This document shows, in pieces, positions 1-8,546 of a stretch of 20,000 nt of DNA. The notes below the pieces were generated by a model. That model did not search any database. It was not told the origin of the DNA and saw only the letters and a list, made by a program, of their open reading frames with translations. The position numbers were made by a program, and so were the translations under genes. The stretch is from an uncultured virus (IMG/VR IMGVR_UViG_3300018475_001895). Lineage: Duplodnaviria; Heunggongvirae; Uroviricota; Caudoviricetes. How positions within the stretch are numbered: the first letter of the stretch is position 1; the number at the start of each line of letters is the position of its first letter. The stretch is taken from the IMG/VR virus record IMGVR_UViG_3300018475_001895. One strand, 5' to 3'.

Positions 1-631
1 GAATATCCTTGAGTTTAAAGAGAAAGGTGATACTCTTAATTTTACGGGGGAAATTACTGAAATCTTCTATGAAGACTATTTGAACAAAATGCCAGGTGGG
101 ATTCCAAGGCTTCTTCCCCAGAAGCATGCGTTGAATCTTAAACTTGTATCAGTTCAAGCCAATCGCATTGTAAGGAATATTACCATATTGATCACGGATG
201 TTATTACATATGAAACTGATGAGAACTACAACAGCTGTAGAATTACAGTCAAGTATGCAAGAATTCCTACAGGGGATACTGATCCTCGATCTTTGGTGAC
301 AATTCGTCCTGTAGTCTCTCATATTTTTCACAGTGATGGCTTTATCGGCCTCACGCTCGAAGGTGATATGAAAGCGATCATGCATATGGCTAGCCGGGAA
401 CTTCGTGTATTCTGTCATGGTGGGATTGTTTATTATAACGGTGATTTGACTATGTTGAATACCACTATGGAGGACAAACCTACTATTGATAGTATACGAT
501 ATAACACAATTGGCATACTAACAGCATCAGCATTGAAAATTCCTGTACAGGAGGAGTATAGGAGATTTAAAGATGCTTTTAAACATTTTGTGAAAAATAT
601 CTACGGTTTGGATAATATCGCAGATATTTGA
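1..631 (+). CDS. Hypothetical phage protein, 5'-truncated by window edge
   Basis: Frame of ORF 80..631 is open back to position 2 (NILEFKEKGDTLNFTGEITEIFYEDYL...), ends TGA; no recognisable motif. Confidence 0.7.
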   Translation, partial: NILEFKEKGDTLNFTGEITEIFYEDYLNKMPGGIPRLLPQKHALNLKLVSVQANRIVRNITILITDVITYETDENYNSCRITVKYARIPTGDTDPRSLVTIRPVVSHIFHSDGFIGLTLEGDMKAIMHMASRELRVFCHGGIVYYNGDLTMLNTTMEDKPTIDSIRYNTIGILTASALKIPVQEEYRRFKDAFKHFVKNIYGLDNIADI

Positions 632-654
632 TATGAAATAAGGAGGAAGTATAT

Positions 655-1641
655 ATGAGCTATGCTGATTTTAAATTCATTGGTAACTGTAAGAAGATCC
701 TTGCGGAGGGATTCTCTGATGAATCATTCCAGGTTCGTCCTAAGTGGGAAGATGGTACTCCCGCACATACGAAGAAGCTGCTACATGTAGTTGACCATTA
801 TCAGCTTGCACAGGATTCTATTCCCATTATGACCATGCGCAAAACAGGATTTAAGACCTGTATTGGTGAGATTCTTTGGATCTATCAGAAAGCATCCAAT
901 GTCATTAGTGAGCTCGGTTCTCATATCTGGGATGAGTGGGATGTTGGTAATGGTACAATCGGAAAAGCTTATGGCTATCAGATCGGTAAACTCCATCGAC
1001 ATCATAAGCATACTCCTGGAGAAAATCTGTCTGACTACCCGTCTGCTGGTGAAAAGGACGGCTGGATTTATCTGAATCAGATCGATGCCGTTATTTGGGA
1101 CCTGAGAAATAATCCTGGTTCTCGGTCTATTATTACGAATATGTACAATCATGAAGATCTCAGCGAGATGGGTCTTCGTCCCTGTGCATATTCTATGACA
1201 TATAATGTCACAAAAGACTCTGATGGAAATATGGTTCTGAATTCTATTCTGAACCAGCGTTCACAGGATATGCTCACCGCCAATAATTGGAATGCCGTTC
1301 AATATTCTGTTCTGACTCATATGTTGGCTCAGATTTGTGGCATGAAGGTTGGTAAATTTACCCATGTAATTGTAGATGCGCATATTTACGATCGACACAT
1401 CCCTGTTGTGGAGAGTATGATCAAAGAGTATGAGAATGTGTTGGTTAAAGCCGTACATAATATCGACTCTGGTTATGATGATCGTACTATTCAGGAACTG
1501 CGCGAAGTTCTGCCATATCGTAATCCTAAGTTCTGGATCAATCCTGATATCAAAAGTTTCTATGACTTTACTACAAAGGATTTTGAGCTGAAGGATTATC
1601 ATTACGTTCCGTTCGACTATAAAATCCCTGTGGCAGTCTAA
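655..1641 (+). CDS. thyA: Thymidylate synthase
   Basis: GTIGKAYGYQ, catalytic LRPCAY, QRSQD, DAHIYDRH motifs, C-terminal IPVAV; AAGGAGG RBS. Confidence 0.97.
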   Translation: MSYADFKFIGNCKKILAEGFSDESFQVRPKWEDGTPAHTKKLLHVVDHYQLAQDSIPIMTMRKTGFKTCIGEILWIYQKASNVISELGSHIWDEWDVGNGTIGKAYGYQIGKLHRHHKHTPGENLSDYPSAGEKDGWIYLNQIDAVIWDLRNNPGSRSIITNMYNHEDLSEMGLRPCAYSMTYNVTKDSDGNMVLNSILNQRSQDMLTANNWNAVQYSVLTHMLAQICGMKVGKFTHVIVDAHIYDRHIPVVESMIKEYENVLVKAVHNIDSGYDDRTIQELREVLPYRNPKFWINPDIKSFYDFTTKDFELKDYHYVPFDYKIPVAV

Positions 1642-1653
1642 TGAGGTGACTAT

Positions 1654-1956
1654 ATGAAAGTGTTTCTGAGTCATCCAATGCACGGGATTTCTGAGGAAGA
1701 GTGTCTTGCATATCGAGATAAGGCGATGGAGCATATTTGTGAAAGATTTCCGGATGCAGAATTACTTGAAACATTCATTCATGAAAATGCTCCTGTTAAT
1801 GCTACACGTCAATGGCATCTTGGAGAATCTATTAAGTTCATGGGAGATGCTGATATAGTATTCTTTTCAAAAGATTTCCGAGAAGCTCGTGGATGTTGCG
1901 TAGAGTATCAAGTGTGTCTCGAATATGGGATCCCATTTGAAATTCTACAAATTTAA
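1654..1956 (+). CDS. DUF4406 / nucleoside 2-deoxyribosyltransferase-like small protein
   Basis: MKVFLSHPMHG N-terminus and ADIVFF...ARGCCVEY...YGIP C-terminal pattern; lies between thyA and DHFR. Confidence 0.7.
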   Translation: MKVFLSHPMHGISEEECLAYRDKAMEHICERFPDAELLETFIHENAPVNATRQWHLGESIKFMGDADIVFFSKDFREARGCCVEYQVCLEYGIPFEILQI

Positions 1957-1973
1957 GAATTGAGGTGAATGTT

Positions 1974-3077
1974 ATGATCGCGATTGCTCTTGTAGATCAA
2001 AAGTGGGGCATCGCAGCCAATGGCAAGCAAATCATATTTATTCCGGAAGATCTGAAACGGTTCAAGAAGCTTACTGAGGGTCATCCAGTTATTATGGGTC
2101 GTAAAACATATGAAGCCCTTCCCGGAAAGAGACCACTTCCAGGAAGACGTAATCTGATTCTATCCAGGAATATGGAGACTGCACCAGAAGGATTTGAGCT
2201 TGGTAGCCTCATGGCTAATGATCCCGATACATGTGTAATAGGTGGTGAGTCGGTCTATGCGCAGCTACTTCCTTTATGTGATCATATCTACCTCACTGTA
2301 GTAGAATATGATTTCGAGGCTGATCAATTTTTCCCCAATATTACTCATGATGGAAGTGATTGGGAGTTAAGATCCCGTGGACCTGATCTTGAGTATAATG
2401 GATATGTATACCATTTCGATGAATATGTTCGCAAAGGTTCTTTTGATCTTGTTGAACCTACGAAATCGGTAGAAGAAGATCTGCAGCAGTTTAATAAAGC
2501 TGAAATTCTTGCTGTTGCAGAAACACTTATCCAGCAAGCTCAAAAGGAGCATACGAATGAAGAGGCCCAAGCCTCAGCCATCTTAGCAAATCTGGCAGTA
2601 TTGTGTTATTCTCAGGGTATGAATGCAACCTGTAACAAAGGTGTGAAAGCTTTTGCATCTACCGATGATATTTTTGCTGACGTTATTGCAGAGGCGCAAA
2701 TTCGTTGGGAGTGGATCATCACATACTGTCACGATGTGTTAAACATTGATCTTCATCCATTGGCAATGCTATTTGTATTGCGATTTATCACATCTAGCGA
2801 GAACGATGTGTATGCTCCACATGTTCTTGCGGGTATTGAGCGTGTCAGCAAACAGTTGGATGAAAAGATCGCTGAAGATGTACAAGCAGCGGATGCTGAA
2901 ATCGATCCTGAGATTGAAAGTTTTGATGGGAGTATGGCAACTTTGGTTGTAGAATATTTCAAATTGCTTGAGGAAATCGGAACATTCCATCGGGATCGCG
3001 ATAAGTACGAGACAGAAGAACAGAAGAAACTACATGATCGAATTGTTACGATTTATCGTAAGATCGGTCGTACATAA
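1974..3077 (+). CDS. folA: Dihydrofolate reductase fused to a ~210-aa acidic C-terminal domain of unknown function
   Basis: PEDLKRFK, VIMGRKTYEAL, RPLPGRRNLILSR, VIGGESVY, ADQFFP; ATG 1974 preferred because the GTG at 1965 is part of the GAGGTG RBS. Confidence 0.9.
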   Translation: MIAIALVDQKWGIAANGKQIIFIPEDLKRFKKLTEGHPVIMGRKTYEALPGKRPLPGRRNLILSRNMETAPEGFELGSLMANDPDTCVIGGESVYAQLLPLCDHIYLTVVEYDFEADQFFPNITHDGSDWELRSRGPDLEYNGYVYHFDEYVRKGSFDLVEPTKSVEEDLQQFNKAEILAVAETLIQQAQKEHTNEEAQASAILANLAVLCYSQGMNATCNKGVKAFASTDDIFADVIAEAQIRWEWIITYCHDVLNIDLHPLAMLFVLRFITSSENDVYAPHVLAGIERVSKQLDEKIAEDVQAADAEIDPEIESFDGSMATLVVEYFKLLEEIGTFHRDRDKYETEEQKKLHDRIVTIYRKIGRT

Positions 3078-3078
3078 C

Positions 3079-3098
3079 CTCTCGAAATACATATTATA
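3079..3098 (+). promoter_or_regulatory. Putative phage early-type promoter, copy 1 (CTCTCGAAATACATATTATA)
   Basis: 18/20 identical to 14323-14342; core resembles the phiKZ early promoter TATATTAC; directly after the DHFR stop. Confidence 0.55.
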
Positions 3099-3146
3099 TC
3101 AGTGGATGTAGAGCCTTCATACATAAGGTTTTGCATCCACTGATAT
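3096..3146 (+). promoter_or_regulatory. 22-bp RNA hairpin with CAUACAU loop in the leader of the HTH gene
   Basis: ATATCAGTGGATG/CATCCACTGATAT perfect 13 bp, then TAGAGCCTT/AAGGTTTTG fully paired using three G-U wobbles; 7-nt loop; no U tract. Confidence 0.75.
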
Positions 3147-3179
3147 TGTAATTCAAAATATAGAGAGGAGTATGAAACT

Positions 3180-3470
3180 ATGACAAGAAGACAGAGACGA
3201 GATCTTGTAATTGATCAGAAGAGAGCCGCACTTGCATATGCAGCTCGTGATGTTTCTCAGCAAGAATTAGCCGAAGAGTTCGGTGTTACTCAGAGCACTA
3301 TTTCCAGATACATTAAACTGGGCGAATTAGCGATCCTCGCAGAGTGTAATATCAAAGAAGCCGATAGTCCGAGCACAGTGCGAGCTAAAGCTAGTAGAGC
3401 TGGTTATCATGACACCAGTGATATTCAGCGTATACATGGTCATTGTGTTCGACGATATCAGAAAGTGTAA
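3180..3470 (+). CDS. Helix-turn-helix DNA-binding protein
   Basis: SQQELAEEFGVTQSTISRYIK HTH signature; GAGGAG RBS. Confidence 0.85.
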   Translation: MTRRQRRDLVIDQKRAALAYAARDVSQQELAEEFGVTQSTISRYIKLGELAILAECNIKEADSPSTVRAKASRAGYHDTSDIQRIHGHCVRRYQKV

Positions 3471-3518
3471 TTTAAATAAGCATACATAAAATACGAAAGA
3501 AAAGGAGAGTGAAATTGT

Positions 3519-4859
3519 ATGCAGGCAATCCGTGCTGGGGACCTTTATTTCTTGCAGTCCCCGTTTCATACGCAACCGTCAGATACAGGAGCTGCTGTAG
3601 AAAAGAGGCTTAGTTATCTGCTCGGTACAGTTTCATCGAGACCGGTGGTAGTAATCCGGCCTCCCGCATGGTGGGATCGTTTCAACACCTGTACTGTCAT
3701 ACCCGCACTGTCCCACGGTGAACCGGCTATTGTTTATAAGCTGATCGACCGCTACGGAGGGATGACGAAAGCTGACTATCCCTTTGTGCCTCATAATCCA
3801 CATACCATTCCTGTTTCACGACTGGGCAAGTTTATGGGGTCAATGACAGATGAAGAATTAGAACCTCTTCTCTATGCATATAAGTGGATCCATGATCCCT
3901 TTATGCAGATGGATACACAGAACTATCCTGTACCAGAGGTATATCGAGATGTGATGGCGAAAAAGATTCCGCCTCACAGTTGGAGAGTGAATAAAGATGC
4001 CAGAGCTGGTGTAGATATCCGTATCACGAAAGATATGGAACTACAAAGTGAAACTAATCCTGAGCTGAACCGTTTCAATATTGGCTCTGCGATGAAAACC
4101 AAGATCTCTCCCACTGCTGAGAGAGCATTGAACTGTGACAAGATTTATGTTCCAACGGAGAACCCTCTTCCTGATTCCGTTGAAATGGGGATTAATGAAA
4201 TATCTTGTCCGGTAGAAAAATCATTCCCGCCATCAATATTTGATACGGAGACGCTGAACAGGGTTGCCAGCAGGTTTACTATCAGCGATGCGTATTATAA
4301 TAACGATAAATCTATTCGAACACCAGATATCCTTACAGCGTCTGAAATTTCAAATATCCGTTGTGAGCTGACCGATTCTGAATTCAATGAGATCATTCAG
4401 TTCTACAAGAAGATGACACCGTTGGATGCATATATACTTGGTCCGCGTCTTCCTCTTGAAGTTCTGGCTGATATTACTGAGATGCCCACATCTAAGGCTG
4501 TCGCTCTGAAAAGGCTCTGTAATTATATGCGCGATCTTCCTTGCGAAGATTATGATAATAGAGTCAAAGAGCTTGAAGATAGGTTAGAGTCTGAAAAGGA
4601 AGAACAATCTGAAGTCGAAGAAGAGATTAAACAGCAAGGCGCAAATAAGTCTCCATCCATGTATGTGAATGAGCTTCAGAAAGTTAAACCATATCTGAAT
4701 CAGAAATCTATCATGAGCATGCCAGATGATGTCGCCAGGCTATTCCTCGAAATGCCGATGTATCTCATTAAGAGAAATTATAATGGGACTCAGTTTAATA
4801 AACCATATGCGAAAGCTATGGAATACTATAAAGAGAAACTAAGTAAAACACCAGCTTGA
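3519..4859 (+). CDS. MazF/PemK-like endoribonuclease domain (aa ~1-127) with a ~320-aa C-terminal extension
   Basis: IRAGDLYF...SRPVVVI...CTVIPALS...HTIPVSRLGKFMGSMTDEEL follows the PemK/MazF pattern (RGDIY, RPxxVI, VxPITS, RTIDKxRL..IG.L); AAGGAG RBS. Confidence 0.7.
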   Translation: MQAIRAGDLYFLQSPFHTQPSDTGAAVEKRLSYLLGTVSSRPVVVIRPPAWWDRFNTCTVIPALSHGEPAIVYKLIDRYGGMTKADYPFVPHNPHTIPVSRLGKFMGSMTDEELEPLLYAYKWIHDPFMQMDTQNYPVPEVYRDVMAKKIPPHSWRVNKDARAGVDIRITKDMELQSETNPELNRFNIGSAMKTKISPTAERALNCDKIYVPTENPLPDSVEMGINEISCPVEKSFPPSIFDTETLNRVASRFTISDAYYNNDKSIRTPDILTASEISNIRCELTDSEFNEIIQFYKKMTPLDAYILGPRLPLEVLADITEMPTSKAVALKRLCNYMRDLPCEDYDNRVKELEDRLESEKEEQSEVEEEIKQQGANKSPSMYVNELQKVKPYLNQKSIMSMPDDVARLFLEMPMYLIKRNYNGTQFNKPYAKAMEYYKEKLSKTPA

Positions 4860-4872
4860 TTGGAGAAGAGTA

Positions 4873-4903
4873 AAACGGGGGCCTAGCGTCCCCGTTTCTT
4901 TTC
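4873..4903 (+). terminator. Rho-independent terminator
   Basis: AAACGGGGGC-CTAGC-GTCCCCGTTT stem-loop followed by CTTTTC, right after the MazF-like gene. Confidence 0.75.
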
Positions 4904-4916
4904 CTGTCAATATATT

Positions 4917-4928
4917 AACACAAATGTA
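4917..4928 (+). promoter_or_regulatory. Putative AACA-N6-TA phage RNAP promoter
   Basis: AACA-CAAATG-TA between the terminator and the sbcD RBS; matches the AR9 non-virion RNAP promoter consensus. Confidence 0.5.
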
Positions 4929-4950
4929 CAAATAGGAGGTGAAATATAGT

Positions 4951-6132
4951 TTGCGTGACTTTAAAATCATAGCAGCTATGGCAGATTTGCATATTGGAGT
5001 ACGTCATGTTAGTGCAAAGACGCTTAAAGTTCAGCTGAAGAAACATTTCTTTGACGTTCTGAGGAATATGAAATATCTTGATGGAATTTTTCTGCTTGGG
5101 GATCTTCTTCATACAGTGATTACATTGGATTCAGATTATTCAGAACTGTTTCATTGGTTCATAGATAAGGTTTATAAGATTGCAAAAAAGAAAGGTGCCA
5201 CTGTGGTTATTGTACGAGGCACTCAAGCACACGATGCAACCCAGCTTGATAATATAAAATATCTTCAGAGAAATGAAGATGGTGTTGATTTCCGTATCTA
5301 TGATACCGTGGAAGAGATAACTCTCTGGAATGATTATAAGGTTCTGGTACTTCCCGATGTAAAGGTGAAACAGCTCAAAGATGTTGGCAAGTATTTTAAA
5401 AATTCTGATAAATATGATCTGATTCTTGGTCATGGGCTGATTACACAAATGCAGTTCTTTGCACAGGAATCTGAGAATATGCCAACAAAGACTTATGTTT
5501 TTGATGCAGATGAGCTCAATTCTGCGTGTAAAGGTCCGGTTTTATTTGGTCATATCCATCAGTACCAGTCAATCGGAAATCAATTCTACTATGTAGGCCC
5601 GTTTACGATGCTTGAGCGTGGTAATATTGATGCTGGTTTTGTTGTTATGGGTATCTATGATAATGATCGGACAAAATATAAAGTTGAGCATTATATCAAT
5701 CCGGATTCTGCAGCCTATCATGAGATTGATGTAACTGCAAAGATCCTTCGTGATATTCCTATTGATGAGATCGTTGAGGCGATTGATTCTATCGCGACCG
5801 ATGCAAAAGAGAATGATCTCATCACTCTTCGAATTACCCGTGGTGATGAGACTGAGGCTGCAGAGAAAGTGATGATACTGGAGAATCGATATCGAAAAGA
5901 TAAAAGATTTTCAATCATCAAGAAAGTTAAAAATAAACGGGAAGAAGAGCATGATAAACTGCAAGCGGATAGGAAAAAGAGATATGAGTATTTAATGGAT
6001 GAGAATATGGAACTTCCATCTATTCTGTACACATACTATCTTTCAGATGTAATTCCAACTCTTCCTGATAAGAAGAGTGTTGCTGCTTGTCTGACTGAAG
6101 ATGATTTCCGTAAAGCGTTAGGAGTTGAATAA
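4951..6132 (+). CDS. sbcD: SbcD/Mre11-like metallophosphoesterase nuclease
   Basis: DLH, GDLLH, RGTQAHD (variant of GNHD), GHG, GHIH motifs; TTG 4951 preferred since the GTG at 4939 overlaps the AGGAGG RBS. Confidence 0.85.
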   Translation: MRDFKIIAAMADLHIGVRHVSAKTLKVQLKKHFFDVLRNMKYLDGIFLLGDLLHTVITLDSDYSELFHWFIDKVYKIAKKKGATVVIVRGTQAHDATQLDNIKYLQRNEDGVDFRIYDTVEEITLWNDYKVLVLPDVKVKQLKDVGKYFKNSDKYDLILGHGLITQMQFFAQESENMPTKTYVFDADELNSACKGPVLFGHIHQYQSIGNQFYYVGPFTMLERGNIDAGFVVMGIYDNDRTKYKVEHYINPDSAAYHEIDVTAKILRDIPIDEIVEAIDSIATDAKENDLITLRITRGDETEAAEKVMILENRYRKDKRFSIIKKVKNKREEEHDKLQADRKKRYEYLMDENMELPSILYTYYLSDVIPTLPDKKSVAACLTEDDFRKALGVE

Positions 6133-6134
6133 AT

Positions 6135-6395
6135 ATGACCCAACAAGAACTTGATAAATTAAATACTCTTACTAAGAAGTATGGGTATGAATTTAGATCT
6201 CTTAGAGAGATCAAGAAATATACACGCAAAGTGCGGAGAGATATTCGTGAGAAATGTAAAGCTATGGGAATTCGTGTCGATGATAATACCATAAGAATTT
6301 ATCGGACATGGAAACCAAAGAAGAGATTTGATAATCTCTTAATCCGTCCTGGATTGAAGAAGCGTTATATTCAATTAAAATACAAAGGAGATTGA
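6135..6395 (+). CDS. Small basic hypothetical protein
   Basis: 86 aa, K/R-rich, tightly packed between sbcD and infA. Confidence 0.7.
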   Translation: MTQQELDKLNTLTKKYGYEFRSLREIKKYTRKVRRDIREKCKAMGIRVDDNTIRIYRTWKPKKRFDNLLIRPGLKKRYIQLKYKGD

Positions 6396-6400
6396 TACGC

Positions 6401-6628
6401 ATGGCTAATAGTGAAATGATGGAACTGGAAGGTACTGTGGTTGAAGCATTCCCCAGTCTGATGTTCAAAGTTGCTGTAGATGTTGGAGGAAAGACTCATC
6501 ATGTGATGTGTACGCTTTCCGGTAAGTTGAAGATGAACTATATCCGGGTGCTGGTAGGAGATAAAGTTATGATTCAGATGTCTCCATATGATCTGACAAA
6601 GGGTCGTATCACCTGGAGATACAAGTAA
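6401..6628 (+). CDS. infA: Translation initiation factor IF-1
   Basis: ELEGTVVEAFP...FKV...SGKLKMNYIRVLVGDKV..MSPYDLTKGRITWRYK; AAGGAG RBS before ATG 6401. Confidence 0.96.
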   Translation: MANSEMMELEGTVVEAFPSLMFKVAVDVGGKTHHVMCTLSGKLKMNYIRVLVGDKVMIQMSPYDLTKGRITWRYK

Positions 6629-6718
6629 CAAAGGCGCTCTATTAAAGGTTGATCTGTGGGTAAACGTATCTATACATACCCATACTAAATCTTAAAATTC
6701 CGAAAGTGGGATTGATAT

Positions 6719-8506
6719 ATGAGTGCTAATTATCTCAAACTTTTATCGGCAACGGATAAACTTCCAGTGCATACTGATTTAGATACACTGGATATCTACT
6801 GTGAATATCTGTTGAACGATTCCAGCAAATACATAAACTATGCAAATTTAACGAATCTTCAGGATTACATATCGAGAATGGATCCGAAGATCTTTATGAC
6901 GAATGATGCAAAGATGGCTCGATATGAATTCATCAAGTGCTATCTGGAAGCTCGTATCAGTCGTGGTGTAGTTTCTCGTAAGATGTGTCTCCGATATGTA
7001 AGTGAAACTGTAGATCATAAGTATTGGAAGATCATCCAGCGAGAGATTCTTAATTCGATTGAACCTGATACACTGAAGAAGAAAGATATTGAATTTATCA
7101 ATGATATGATCTTTGCTCAATTGAACGTCATGTTTCTGCATGCATACAAGGCTCCGATTGTGCGACTTATGGAAGAATTGGAGACGAATGAGTTCGGTAA
7201 AACTCCTGAGAGTTGTACGAATGCAATCCAGTTATTCCAGAGTATGTTGAATGAGCTTATGAAAGCTCAGCGGAGATCTAAGCAGGACAATAGATTCAAT
7301 CTGACAGACGTGAACCATTTTAATGCTATTATGACTGAAGCATGGGATAGACTGTTATCTGAAAGTCAATTCTGGCAGACTGGTATGCAGGGTATGAATA
7401 ACATGCTTGGTGGTGGCTTTGAGAATGGTCGAGTGTACAATTTCATTGGTGCAACAGGTGGTTTTAAATCTGGTTTGTTGTTAAATCTGATGAAGATGAT
7501 CAAGCTTCATAATAAGGGCCATGAACACAAAGATCCAAATAAACGTCCAACCATACTCTTTCTCTCTCAGGAAAATAATATCTGGGAGACTATTTTACGT
7601 ATTTTTGGTATCTTTGGAACAACCAAGAACATTCGGAATTTTACACCGGATGAAATTATGGAGATTCTAAAGAAAGGTGGCTTCTGTCTTGTAAATGATG
7701 AGCAGGATATCGATATCGAGTTTCGATACTATGGAAATATGGATATCGGTGCAAGTGATATTCGAGGTATTGTCGAAGAGCTTGACAATGCAGGTAGAGA
7801 AGTTATTTGTATCCTGCAAGACTATATTGAGAGATTGAGACCGCCGATTATGTCGGCAGATCGTAGAACACAGCTTAATGACTGTTCTAACCAACTTCAT
7901 GATCTGGCGATTGAGCTGGATATTCCTATTATCACCGGTTCACAGTTTAACCGAGATGGTGTAGCAACAATCGAAGATATGAGAGCTGCTGATAAGCATG
8001 ATATCGGTAAGAAAGTTGGTAGCAAGAATGTTTCCGAGTCATTTGGTATGTTGAAGAACTTCGATGTAAATATTAGCATTATCATCGAGTATGACGCAAC
8101 AGAAGAACGATTCTGGTTGTCATTTAGACGTCTGAAATTCCGTGGTGATGATACGGATGCTCTTGACTATTTTGTTCAGCCGTTTGTCGGAAAGAATAGC
8201 AAAATCCAGCTGATGGAAGATATCAATGCGGATGTTCCTGTGTATCGTAAATCTATGGTAGATGAGATTGCTGCAAATATTGTGGATGATGCTCAGTCTA
8301 TCGGAGATATTACCAGACGCTCGAGAACTCTGCTTGAACCTGTAACGGATGATGCAGATGATATTGAGATTGCAAACTTCATGGGACAGTTTGTAGACGA
8401 TCTGGAACATTCTACTGGTGAGAAACCCGATGGAAGAATTACCGACAGTGACGGCTTCTATGTACTGATCCCGGCTATGCCGGGCAATGTCATCATGAGC
8501 CGTTGA
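6719..8506 (+). CDS. dnaB: DnaB-like (SF4) replicative helicase, jumbo-phage type
   Basis: Walker A GATGGFKS, FLSQEN, ILQDYIE, ITGSQFNR motifs; long N-terminal domain and acidic tail. Confidence 0.88.
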   Translation: MSANYLKLLSATDKLPVHTDLDTLDIYCEYLLNDSSKYINYANLTNLQDYISRMDPKIFMTNDAKMARYEFIKCYLEARISRGVVSRKMCLRYVSETVDHKYWKIIQREILNSIEPDTLKKKDIEFINDMIFAQLNVMFLHAYKAPIVRLMEELETNEFGKTPESCTNAIQLFQSMLNELMKAQRRSKQDNRFNLTDVNHFNAIMTEAWDRLLSESQFWQTGMQGMNNMLGGGFENGRVYNFIGATGGFKSGLLLNLMKMIKLHNKGHEHKDPNKRPTILFLSQENNIWETILRIFGIFGTTKNIRNFTPDEIMEILKKGGFCLVNDEQDIDIEFRYYGNMDIGASDIRGIVEELDNAGREVICILQDYIERLRPPIMSADRRTQLNDCSNQLHDLAIELDIPIITGSQFNRDGVATIEDMRAADKHDIGKKVGSKNVSESFGMLKNFDVNISIIIEYDATEERFWLSFRRLKFRGDDTDALDYFVQPFVGKNSKIQLMEDINADVPVYRKSMVDEIAANIVDDAQSIGDITRRSRTLLEPVTDDADDIEIANFMGQFVDDLEHSTGEKPDGRITDSDGFYVLIPAMPGNVIMSR

Positions 8507-8546
8507 TGTATAAACACTGTAAATTATTTTAAGGAGGAAATAATCC

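Noticed and set aside
3172..3183. Mini-ORF ATG AAA CTA TGA overlapping the HTH start
   Set aside because: Only 1 nt from the RBS, so initiation is unlikely
6656..6683. Hairpin GTGGGTA/TACCCAT and AACG-N6-TA upstream of dnaB
   Set aside because: Short stem, no U tract, imperfect promoter match; too weak to call
8512..8526. AAACACTGTAAATTA as an AACA-type promoter
   Set aside because: Spacing to TA does not fit N6; plausible variant but unsupported
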